Positions 29,246-38,067 of a stretch of DNA of 64,000 bases are shown here, piece after piece. A model generated the notes under the pieces. The model was given only the letters and a program-made list of their open reading frames with translations, searched no databases and was not told the DNA's origin. The DNA is from an uncultured bacterium (GTDB taxonomy: Bacteria > Verrucomicrobiota > Verrucomicrobiia > Limisphaerales > UBA8199): assembly GCA_963749495.1 (NCBI GenBank), contig CAVVMW010000006.1, positions 1 through 64,000 of the forward strand. The letters run 5' to 3'. Position numbers and translations under genes: made by a program. Numbering within the stretch: the first letter of the stretch is position 1; the number at the start of each line of letters is the position of its first letter.

Positions 29246-29806
29246 TCATTGTTCGCGGAGGACGACCTTGGCCGACTGAACGCTTTCGGTCTGGCCGACG
29301 CCCAGGACGTTGCGGGAGCAAATCCACGACACCTGAACCACCTTGCAGATGGCCGGGTTGCTGGTCAGATAATTGGTCGTCACGTCTCCGCCCACGGGGT
29401 TGCGCTGATACATCGCGAACTGCATCGAATTGGTGGTGATTCCCGTCAGGAGCGTGTTGGTCACCCCCTCATAAATCCGGGTCAACGTCTGGCCCGCCGG
29501 GTCGTACGTGTAGGTCAGCGTGTTGGTCGCTCCGGTGCCGGGGTCCACAGACTGAAGCTGCAACTGATTGGTCGTGCAACCGAGCACCTTGTTGGCGCAC
29601 CGGATGTCCGTGCTCATCCGGTCGAGGGCGTTGCGGCTCAACCGGTTCAAATCCGCATAATTGCCCAGGATGGCGGCGCTCCTGGAACCGTAGAGCATCA
29701 TTGAGGCAACGGCCGCAAAAGCCGCCACGCTGACAGTCGTCGCCACCAGGGTTTCAAGCAACGTGAAGCCCCGGGCAGGCACTTTGGATGGAAACACAGC
29801 CCGCAT
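29246..29806 (-). CDS. PilW-like minor pilin
   Basis: RGFTLLETLVA...ALDRMSTDIR. Confidence 0.85.
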   Translation of the reverse strand: MRAVFPSKVPARGFTLLETLVATTVSVAAFAAVASMMLYGSRSAAILGNYADLNRLSRNALDRMSTDIRCANKVLGCTTNQLQLQSVDPGTGATNTLTYTYDPAGQTLTRIYEGVTNTLLTGITTNSMQFAMYQRNPVGGDVTTNYLTSNPAICKVVQVSWICSRNVLGVGQTESVQSAKVVLREQ

Positions 29807-29811
29807 GGAAT

Positions 29812-30285
29812 TCAGTAATAGTAATTGTGCAGTCCGTATTGGGAGACGAGGGTGCTCATTTGCCGCTGGTGCTGCTGGTTATTGCCGGAGGTCCAGTTCA
29901 GCGTCACCGTCACCAGCACGTGGTTGCTCGCGTAGGGCTCCGTCATGGGTGCGTTGGTGATGGCGATCTGCGCGGTGTAAACCGGGCCGTTGGTGGATTG
30001 GGTCCCGAGGGGGTTGAACGGCACGGTGAACGAGGCGGGAATAAAGCCGTTGCTGTTGATCTGGCTCCAGGTGTAGAGCCGGATGGTTTCCATTTGTTGC
30101 GCCAGAATCTGGGTCGCCCGCATGTTTTCCCGGCACGCCTCCGTGGTCGCAAACCCCTGGCTCAGACACAGATAAAAGCCGGCAAACACGGTGCTAATCG
30201 CCAGCATCGCCACCATGACCTCAATGAAGGTGAACGCCCTGCGCCGATGAAATGCGGCGCGGGTGGATGAAATGCCAAGGCACAT
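29812..30285 (-). CDS. PilV-like minor pilin
   Basis: RAFTFIEVMVAM...RATQILAQQMETIR...VTVTLNW. Confidence 0.85.
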   Translation of the reverse strand: MCLGISSTRAAFHRRRAFTFIEVMVAMLAISTVFAGFYLCLSQGFATTEACRENMRATQILAQQMETIRLYTWSQINSNGFIPASFTVPFNPLGTQSTNGPVYTAQIAITNAPMTEPYASNHVLVTVTLNWTSGNNQQHQRQMSTLVSQYGLHNYYY

Positions 30286-30547
30286 TTTGCCGTTTTCTGT
30301 TCGTTCTGGCCGTCCACTCAAGCTGCTTCTTACCTATCCCGACAAATAATTGAGTTGCAGCTACTTGCGTGCCACTGGCGCCAGAACCACACGCCCGCCG
30401 TACAGATCCAATAAAATGCCCGTCAAATGTTGTTGGCAGTCACTGTTCTGCAGCCCGTCGTTCCTGGAAAGGACCTTTCCTCGATGACGAGAGACGTGGC
30501 TGATCGATGTCTCAAAAATGGACAGTAACGGCGGCGCAAAGTGCCGC

Positions 30548-31129
30548 TCAGGACCCCTTTCTGACACCGTCCGGTTCCGCCTGTCCCGATTTCACCGTGT
30601 TGGCATCCTTCCACAGGGTCTGCCCAATGGTCAAAAACAGCCGGTTAAGATCGATGGGTTTTTGGAAGTAGGCTGCCGGTCCGCTAACCGTGCAGCGCTC
30701 CTTGCATTCGTCCGGATCCGCGCTGCTGATAATGAAGATTGGAATCTCGCTGCCCACTCCAGAGACCCGAAGCCACCGCATCAAGGCGAACCCATCCCAG
30801 TCGGCCGCCCCGCTGAAGCTGGTGTCCGGCGGAAAGACCAGATCGAGAAGGATCAGATCCGGCTTCTCGTCACGGACCGCTGCCAGGGCGTCCGCGGGCT
30901 CCGCAGCCGTCGCGATATCATAGCCTCTGGCGCGCAACTTGTGGGACAAGACGTGGAGGATCACCGCGTCGTCATCAACGATGAGAATCTTCTTTCCAAG
31001 ACGGGGCGTCGGCAGAGGCTCCGGCGCCGGGGCCGGGGCTGGTGGAGGCGGCTTGGCCGCCCAAGGCAGTTTCGACAGTAGAAAGCTCAGCAGTTGGCTA
31101 AGCCTGCCCTTCGGTTTGGTCGTGCTCAT
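30548..31129 (-). CDS. Single-domain response regulator with a Pro-rich N-terminus
   Basis: ILIVDDD, ILLDL, IISS, FQKP. Confidence 0.88.
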   Translation of the reverse strand: MSTTKPKGRLSQLLSFLLSKLPWAAKPPPPAPAPAPEPLPTPRLGKKILIVDDDAVILHVLSHKLRARGYDIATAAEPADALAAVRDEKPDLILLDLVFPPDTSFSGAADWDGFALMRWLRVSGVGSEIPIFIISSADPDECKERCTVSGPAAYFQKPIDLNRLFLTIGQTLWKDANTVKSGQAEPDGVRKGS

Positions 31130-31293
31130 CACCGCTCGACATTCTGAGATCTTCAAACGCCCAGAACAAGGATCATTGCCCTTCATAAAGCCCCTCCCGG
31201 CAGGAGCAATTTCCGATCCAATCTCTCGCGGCTCCATGCGGGGGTGGGCCCGGGGTGCGATTGAACGTGTCGGGCATGCGCCCCGGAGGTTTT

Positions 31294-31480
31294 GTCCCGG
31301 AGGGTCATCTGATAATAGCCCGGCGTTTCAACGCCGGGGAGGCCACACAAGGGCCCTCGTCCCGAAGGGACGACTGAAAACACTGCTTGCTCTCAGCCGT
31401 CCCTTCGGGACGGACATCCTCCTTGGGTGCGCTCACCCGGCGTTGAAACGCCGGGCTATTGTCGGAAGCCCCTTCGGGGC
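31294..31480. repeat. REP-like nested palindromes
   Basis: AATAGCCCGGCGTTTCAACGCCGGG mirrored by CCCGGCGTTGAAACGCCGGGCTATT; GTCCCGAAGGGACG mirrored by CGTCCCTTCGGGAC. Confidence 0.85.
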
Positions 31481-31542
31481 AAAAAGGTGCCGTGGGCTGA
31501 CCGGCAGTTTTAATCGCACCCGTGGGCCCGCTCCGAGCGAAC

Positions 31543-32823
31543 TTAGACTCCCGGGGTCTTGGACTGGTCAGGAGATGCCGGCAGTTGGAATTTCAGGGTC
31601 TGGGTCACGGCCTTGACGGCGAGCTCCAGGGGGAAGATTGGCTTGGCGATGAGGTCTTGTCCTCCGCTGAGAGCCCCTTTGACCCGGTCTTCAAACTCGC
31701 TATGGGCGGTCACATAGATGACAGGCGTGCGTTGGTAGCCAGGGAGTTGCCGGGCGCGGCGACAGAACTCCAAGCCGTCCATGCCTGGCATTTCAATATC
31801 GAGGATGATCAGGCCGTAGCGTTTATTGCTCAGCCACGGCAAGGCGGAGACAGGGTCGCTAGCGCCCTCCGGTTTGAAATGGGCGTTGCGCAAGGCGGTG
31901 ATGATCACATTTCTGCACACCGCGTCATCATCGAGCACCAGGGCCGGGGTCTGGTCCTCAGGTGGAGAGCCAGGTGCGCCCTCTCGGTCGTGTTCGAAGA
32001 GGACTCCGAGGAAATCGACCGCCATGGCGATCGTGCGGACTACCGAGGGTGAGATCCACGAGGGACAGGAGATGAGTTCGAGCAGGAGGGCTTCGAGGAC
32101 GCTGGCCATCTGGGTGAGGCGGTAACACTCAGCCACGCGGGCTGCCACGGTCAGAAAGTGAACTTTGGTATAGACAGTCCCGAGCAGGAGACGGCGCCCG
32201 GCGTCATTCCGGACCGTATGAAAGGCATGGAAGAGGCTCCGCAGAGCGGACAAGGTTGCGGGGCCTCTTTCAAGGAAGTTCTCGCGGACTTTGGCCATGT
32301 CTCGAGTCTCGGCCTGGCTCTCCGGCGGGAGCAACTGCCTTGTGCCAGCACCTGTGGGAGAGGGGCTGGGTGCGGCTCTGGGTGAGGGCGCGGGTGCTCC
32401 GGACGGCTCGGCGGCGGGGGCGCGCGCCAATTGTGTTCCCCCTCCGCTTGTGTCTTCGCCGTTGAGCAGGCGGTTGAGGGTTTCAGCCATGATCGCCGGG
32501 GTGCAGTCGACCTTGATCAAGGCCTTGTCCGCTCCGGCGGCCGCAGCCTCGCCAGCCCTGTTGGCCATGTAGGCGTTGGAGAGGACTACCACAGGCACTT
32601 TGGCCAGATCGGGCTGGGAACGGACGTATTTGAGCAAGTCGAGGCCGGAGAATCTTGGCATCATCAAATCCAGCACAATGGCGTCCGGTTTGGCCTTTTG
32701 CAGAGATGTGGCCGCGGCCAGACCGTCTTCCGCCCTATCCACCTCGAATCCCCGGAGTCGCAGTCCGTCCCCATAGATCCGCAACACGAGCGGATCGTCA
32801 TGAACCAATAGGATTCGTCTCAT
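31543..32823 (-). CDS. REC-Hpt-like-REC response regulator
   Basis: REC1 VLDLMMP; central helical bundle with KVHFLTVAA; REC2 ILDIEMP...AKP. Confidence 0.88.
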   Translation of the reverse strand: MRRILLVHDDPLVLRIYGDGLRLRGFEVDRAEDGLAAATSLQKAKPDAIVLDLMMPRFSGLDLLKYVRSQPDLAKVPVVVLSNAYMANRAGEAAAAGADKALIKVDCTPAIMAETLNRLLNGEDTSGGGTQLARAPAAEPSGAPAPSPRAAPSPSPTGAGTRQLLPPESQAETRDMAKVRENFLERGPATLSALRSLFHAFHTVRNDAGRRLLLGTVYTKVHFLTVAARVAECYRLTQMASVLEALLLELISCPSWISPSVVRTIAMAVDFLGVLFEHDREGAPGSPPEDQTPALVLDDDAVCRNVIITALRNAHFKPEGASDPVSALPWLSNKRYGLIILDIEMPGMDGLEFCRRARQLPGYQRTPVIYVTAHSEFEDRVKGALSGGQDLIAKPIFPLELAVKAVTQTLKFQLPASPDQSKTPGV

Positions 32824-32995
32824 AGGCCTTCTCAACCAAGCGCCCCACGTCTGCGCAGACTACGGTCCCCAGGCGCGCGCCGCAAGCTCAAAAGCCTCCG
32901 CCCAGCACGGCCGGCGCGGGCTATGTTCTTGAAGAATATCTGGCATGAGTCGCAAGTTACTCGTAATCAATGTATTATAATATACACTATTTCTA

Positions 32996-33023
32996 TTGAC
33001 ATTCTTATGTTTTTGGCTAGGGT
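32996..33023 (+). promoter_or_regulatory. Putative sigma-70 promoter of yezD-cysK
   Basis: TTGACA-N16-TAGGGT within an AT-rich divergent intergenic region. Confidence 0.45.
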
Positions 33024-33048
33024 GCTCTCATCAAAGCTGCCAAAGCAC

Positions 33049-33270
33049 ATGAACTCAGAAACCAAAAGCGAACAGGCCGAGCCGAGTTGGTTTGTGGTCC
33101 TCAGGGGCCAAATCGAGTCGCTGCGGTTCGGCACGGTGCAGGTCGTGGTGCATGAATCACGAGTCGTGCAAATCGAGAAGACCGAGAAGGTGCGCTTCGT
33201 TAAATCCGGAGGGAACCTCTCGACGAACACTGCCGAGAGCGTTCATAGAGCCCCAAGCAATAGAGAATAA
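33049..33270 (+). CDS. yezD: YezD/DUF2292 (OscA-like) small protein
   Basis: IESLRFGTVQVVVHESRVVQIEKTEKVRF; adjacent to cysK. Confidence 0.85.
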   Translation: MNSETKSEQAEPSWFVVLRGQIESLRFGTVQVVVHESRVVQIEKTEKVRFVKSGGNLSTNTAESVHRAPSNRE

Positions 33271-33275
33271 AACCT

Positions 33276-33543
33276 ATGCCAATATATCCCGATGTGATCA
33301 GCACCGTGGGGCGTGCCCCGCTGATTGAGCAACGAGGACGCAATCGCCACCGCGCGGCGGCTGGCTTTGGAAGAAGGGATTTTGGCCGGCATTTCCACGG
33401 GCGCCAACGTTTGGGCGGCGCTGCAAGTGGCCGGGCGTCTGGAGAATAAAGGCAAGCTGATTGTGACGATCGGCTGCAGCACTGGCGAGCGTTACCTGAG
33501 GACCGCGCTGGCTGACGAAGCCCGCAAGCAGGTGTCCGTGTAA
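33276..33543 (+). pseudogene. cysK: Cysteine synthase A with a large internal deletion
   Basis: N-terminus [17 protein letters not shown] is joined out of frame to the C-terminus [24 protein letters not shown]...STGERYL. Confidence 0.88.
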
Positions 33544-33564
33544 ACCGGTCGCGCATACGAGCGC

Positions 33565-33617
33565 GGACGCCTCGTCCGCGCGTCCCGGGCGGCAAGAGAC
33601 ACGCGGACGAGGCGTCC
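33565..33617. repeat. Hairpin downstream of cysK (REP-like or terminator)
   Basis: GGACGCCTCGTCCGCGCGTC pairs with GACACGCGGACGAGGCGTCC. Confidence 0.7.
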
Positions 33618-33638
33618 AAGCTCCCATGCGGCGGCGCT

Positions 33639-33825
33639 CCTCTCCATGAACCGACACCAAGTCCGGAGGTTTTGGACTGCGGCAGTCCTCTGCCGCTTTC
33701 GCGCCGGCAGCGAGGGGACACAAAAGCGGCAGAGGACTGCCGCAGTCCAAAACGCTTCGCGGGACGGGAACGCAGTGTCGAGGTTCAGGGGCGCAAAGCG
33801 CGAATTCGTTCCGGGAATTCTTACA
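33639..33825. repeat. 187-bp MITE/REP-like element, copy 2 (inverted)
   Basis: Reverse complement of 5527-5713 with few substitutions. Confidence 0.9.
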
Positions 33826-33957
33826 GCGACCTGAACAGTTATGAACTCTTTACAACCCCACCAGGCAACTGGAGGCCGAAGCTAAACACAAGAACCCGAA
33901 TAACCAAGCTGACCGGACCACCGGAGGTCCATATTGTTCACCATCAAATGAGACCTC

Positions 33958-34976
33958 ATGCAGACCGACAAACTTGACCGAATCAACGACCACACTGGGC
34001 CTCGAAATTTCCCGGCGGCGCGGGTATGGGCTGCGCTGTTGCTGGCAGCGCTGCCCATTGCCCGCGTAGCGGCTCAAGAGACCAACGCGGCCCCGTCGCA
34101 ACCTCCAGTCGAAGCCAAGACGGAAAAGGGACCGCCGCTGCCTCTGCACCAGATTGAAGGCAATGGCGGTATCTTCTCGACACTCTCGGCGTATATCGTG
34201 AACCCGCCGCGCAACGGGGAACCCATAGGCCGGCCCAGCGTGGGCTTTGCCTTCGTCGATCTCGGCAACGGGCGGAACCTGGAGGCCTTCACGTTAACCG
34301 AGTCTCCGTGGAAGCCCCTGGAGCTGGGCTATGCCTATGACCGGTTGGATCTCGGGGACTTGCCGCAGGCGATTGAACATGCCACCACGGTGCGGATTCG
34401 CGACCGGGAGGTGGCCCTGCACAACTTCAACGCCCGGCTGCAATTCTTGAAAGAGGGCGAGTTCGACCGGAAGTGGATTCCGGCGCTCACGGCCGGAGCG
34501 CACTACAAGTACAACGACGGAACGCAACGCATCGACCACGACCTGGGCGGCGCGTTGAACGCGGCGGGGATCACCGGGCATGACGCCGCCGATTTCACAC
34601 TCTATGCCTCCAAGCTCTTCACCCAATTGCCGCGGCCGGTCCTGCTCGAAGCAGGCGGCCGGGCCACCAAAGGAGTCTGGAACGGTCTGGGCGGGTTCAC
34701 GGATGATTACAGCCTCCTGTTCGAGGGCAACGTGGTGGTCTTCGTCACCCCCAAGCTCGCCCTAGCGGCCGAATACCGGCAGCAACCCAACGACTACAAG
34801 CCGATCATCGTCGGCGGCAGCCCATGGTGGGCCGGTCGGGCGACTGGTGGACCATCGACGCCGCATATATCGTCAACAACTACCTGACGCTGGCCGCCGG
34901 CTATGGCCACTTCGGCGGCGTTCTCAATCACGACGCCAACGCCGTGTGGGGTATCACCATCAAGTGCGAGTTTTAA
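33958..34976 (+). CDS. DUF3034-like outer-membrane beta-barrel protein; frameshift near 34822
   Basis: Signal peptide, LHQIEGNGG, DFTLYASK, AAEYRQQP; shifted frame ends ...WGITIKCEF with a C-terminal Phe. Confidence 0.75.
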
Positions 34977-35177
34977 GCCACCGCAACTTCCTGGCCATAA
35001 GAGGCGGGTTCGAGCGGGCCGGCCTCGGTTCGTATCAACCATAACAAAGTCCTGATTAAAGACGACAACACCAGGCCAGGAAGACCTGTGTCCGGGTTGT
35101 GAACAAAAGTTCGATTGTCGTGGGCGAAGGCAAAAGCAAGCACGACACGATTACGCCCTTGCTGCCGGCATTTTTTT

Positions 35178-35203
35178 TGAGGGGTCTTGATGGGCGCGGC
35201 GTA
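35178..35203 (+). promoter_or_regulatory. Putative CnrH-type ECF promoter, motif B copy 1
   Basis: TGAGGG-N16-CGTA ending GCGGCGTA; same spacing at 37361 and 56286. Confidence 0.75.
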
Positions 35204-35252
35204 TTAAGGACAGTTGAACACGCACAACAAAGTCAAAATGCTGAAGAAACAT

Positions 35253-35869
35253 ATGAAATTAGAAATCTCCCCAGTTCTGCTGATTACCGCAATGGCTCTG
35301 GCGGCAGCGCCGGCCGTGTATGCCCAAGGCTGCTGCGCTGGCCAGGGCGGCAACCAAACTGCCGGGTGCTCCATGCCCGGGATGGCGGCAGCCGGCAACC
35401 CCGAGGCGCATGGCGCGACAACAAAGGCAAACTCTGCTGCGAAACCGGTGTTTATGCAGCCGGTGCAGTCCGTCTATGACCACTACATCACCGTACAGGG
35501 GCCCTCGCTCAGGATTCACTTAAGGGGGTCGCCGCCGCGGCTGCCGCGATGGCAAAGGCAATCCAAGGCGATTCGATGAAAATGCTCTCGCCTAAGGTGG
35601 CGCAGCAGGCCGAGGCGCTGGCAAAAGCAAGAGACCTCGCCACCGCGCGAGATGCCTTCAAATCGTTGAGTGACTCGCTGATCCAGTATGTAAAAGAGCA
35701 GAAGGTTCCGGCGGGCGCATACTACGTGGCCTACTGCCCGATGGCCAAGGCCAGTTGGCTGCAGACGGACAAGACCATCATGAATCCTTACATGGGGAAG
35801 GGGATGATCCACTGCGGCCAGATCAAAGAGCTGAAAAGCAGGACTCAATCATGTGCATTTAGCAACTGA
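35253..35869 (+). CDS. DUF3347-like periplasmic heavy-metal-binding protein; frameshift near 35500
   Basis: Signal peptide, Cys/Met-rich linker, ARDAFKSLS, YCPMAKASWLQ...NPYMGKGMIHCG. Confidence 0.85.
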
Positions 35870-35958
35870 CTTGGCGCGTTCGGTGGGCCGCTTCCCCTCG
35901 GGCTCCGCTCCCCTCCCCGGCGGCCCGCCGGCACGCTTGAGTGCAAACCGCCCAACTC

Positions 35959-36894
35959 ATGTCCACTGCCCACGAGCCAAATACTCCGCCATCCGGCGAA
36001 ACCGAGTGTTGCAGGCGTGAAGGGAGTGACCGCGCAAGAAAACCGGGCGTGGCACTTCGGAAGCCCCGACGCTGGTTCGTGCTCGCAGGCGGTTTAGGGG
36101 TGCTGCTGGCGCTGGCATTTCGGGGGCCTCTCCAGTGGAAATGCACAGCCTATTTTCTCCTGCGTTCAGAGGCTCCCTCCGAAGAGGTCCTTTCAGACGC
36201 CGTCGAGCACGCAAGCGACCCGGGGGCGTTGCTGAGGCAGTTCTGGCACACTCACCGATTGCGCCATCGGGAGTTTGTGCTCGGCTATCTGAGCCGGGTT
36301 TCGTCAAGCAAGCCGGACCTGTTCCGCGAGATGGAGCCGCTGGTCGTAGAGGCAACGGCAGATCCGGATGCCGAAGTGCGGCAACTGGCATTTGTGGCGT
36401 TGGAATGGGTCAATCACCCGCAACTCCGCCAATTGGCGATGGAACAACTGTCCGACGCAGATCCCGCGCTGCGACTCCTCGGCCTGCAAAGGCTGCTCCG
36501 AGCAGCCACCTCGAATGATGTGCCGCTAGCCATGGGATTATTGGGAGATCCGGAACCGCGTGTCGTGGTGGCGGCGGCCCAGGTGTTGCGCCGGGTGACG
36601 GGCCGGGACTTTGGCATCAAGACTACCCATGCCCTGCCCCAGTTCACTTGCATCGACACGAATCCTCCACCTGCGCCGGATCTGCCGGCCATCAACCAGG
36701 GCGTCCAGCGGTGGCGTGATTGGTGGACCGGCCACCGGGCGGAATACCCCGCAGGGCCTTCGACACCGCCAGGACCGAGGCGCGTCGCGCCATTCCCAGC
36801 ACCCGATTTCAGCCTGGAGGATTCGGGCGGCAAACCGAGGCGCCTCGAGGCTGATGAAGCCCATCACCTCCTCCGAGGACCTCGTTGGGCTTAA
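35959..36894 (+). pseudogene. Membrane HEAT-repeat protein whose C-terminal redoxin domain is truncated
   Basis: HEAT repeats followed by PAPDFSLEDSGGKPRRL (start of a TlpA/AhpC-type domain), which breaks off before any CxxC. Confidence 0.65.
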
Positions 36895-37162
36895 AAACGG
36901 CGATATGGTCGCGATGGCCTGTCCCAAGTGCAAAACCATCACGGTGACCTACATCAAAACCTTGAAGGGCCACATCAAGACAACCACGCCGGGCGAGGAA
37001 CACCTGTGTCCGGGCTGCGAGCAGAAGTTCGTGGTCGTCGGTGAGGGCAAAGGGAAACACAACGTTGTCACGCACGTCTGTAAGAAGTGCGGCAGCACGG
37101 ACGCGTTCTGCTGCGTAATGAAGAAGGACTCCGGGCCGACTAAAGGGATGGAGCAAAAGTAG
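36854..37162 (+). CDS. Small Cys/His-rich putative metal-binding protein (possibly 5'-truncated)
   Basis: CPKC, HLCPGC, HVCKKC, FCC. Confidence 0.7.
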   Translation: MKPITSSEDLVGLKNGDMVAMACPKCKTITVTYIKTLKGHIKTTTPGEEHLCPGCEQKFVVVGEGKGKHNVVTHVCKKCGSTDAFCCVMKKDSGPTKGMEQK

Positions 37163-37360
37163 TCTCCTCCATCATACCTCGCGGATCAGGACCCGCCCGT
37201 GGTCGCTGCCAGGCGGCGGCGACCACGGCGTGGGGCTGTCTTTGCTTGTGCGCTCGGGGGCGCTCTTTGTGCCCCGCCGATCAAGCAGGACCATCCGGGC
37301 GTGGCGGACCGTTGCGTCTCGCGCGGCAGCTCGGTCTTGACCTAGCCTTTTCAAATTGCC

Positions 37361-37386
37361 TGAGGGAACCCGCGCTCGGCGGCGTA
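37361..37386 (+). promoter_or_regulatory. Putative CnrH-type ECF promoter, motif B copy 2
   Basis: TGAGGGAACCCGCGCTCGGCGGCGTA. Confidence 0.75.
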
Positions 37387-37399
37387 ACAACAAAAGACG

Positions 37400-38041
37400 A
37401 TGGAGAATATGAATACTCTCAGACCGAATCGCATCCCGGTGGTTCTTGGCGCTCTTGCCCTGACCTGGTTCCTTGCAGGGTGCAAAGGGGTTCCGACCAA
37501 GGGGGAAAAAGAGGCCCGGCACCAGGCGCAAACCGTGGCCGCGGATTATCGGCCGCATGGCCAAAAGCCCCCGCTGCCGGCGCTGAACAGCGATTCGAGC
37601 CTCAGCAATTATCTGGCGTTTGCCATGCTCAATCAGCCGAAGGTCGAGATGGCTTACTACGATTGGCTGGCGTCCATTGAGCGCATCGCGCAGGCGCGGT
37701 CGTTCCCCGACCCGCAGTTCACCTTCCAGATGGATATTCAGAACGTCGTCACTTCGATCATGCCCGGCCTTATGGGGACCATCCCCTGGCCGGACAAACT
37801 CCGGGTGGGAGCGCAAATTGCCTCGGCGGAAAGCCAGGCCAAATACTTTGCGTTTCAATCGGCCGTTCTCGGGAGCGCGTTCGAGGTGAAGCGCGCCTAT
37901 TATCAGCTCTATTTCCTGGCGGAGCTGTCATTGATCATCCAAGGCATGCCGCCAGCCAATGCGCCGATGGGGTCGAGTGCCGCGCGAATGAGTCGCGAAA
38001 CCCAGCCTTCCATGAAGAAAGCGAATCCTGGCGGCATGTAA
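37400..38041 (+). pseudogene. TolC/CusC-like outer-membrane factor, internally deleted
   Basis: Lipobox LAGC, QARSFPDPQF, IPWPDKL, VKRAYYQLYF, then jumps to the C-terminal tail; only 213 aa. Confidence 0.8.
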
Positions 38042-38067
38042 CGGCACGCAAACCACACTTGATTTTT

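Noticed and set aside
30361..30470. Possible C-terminal relic of another pilin (GILLDLYGGRVVL)
   Set aside because: Too short to support a call without a homology search.
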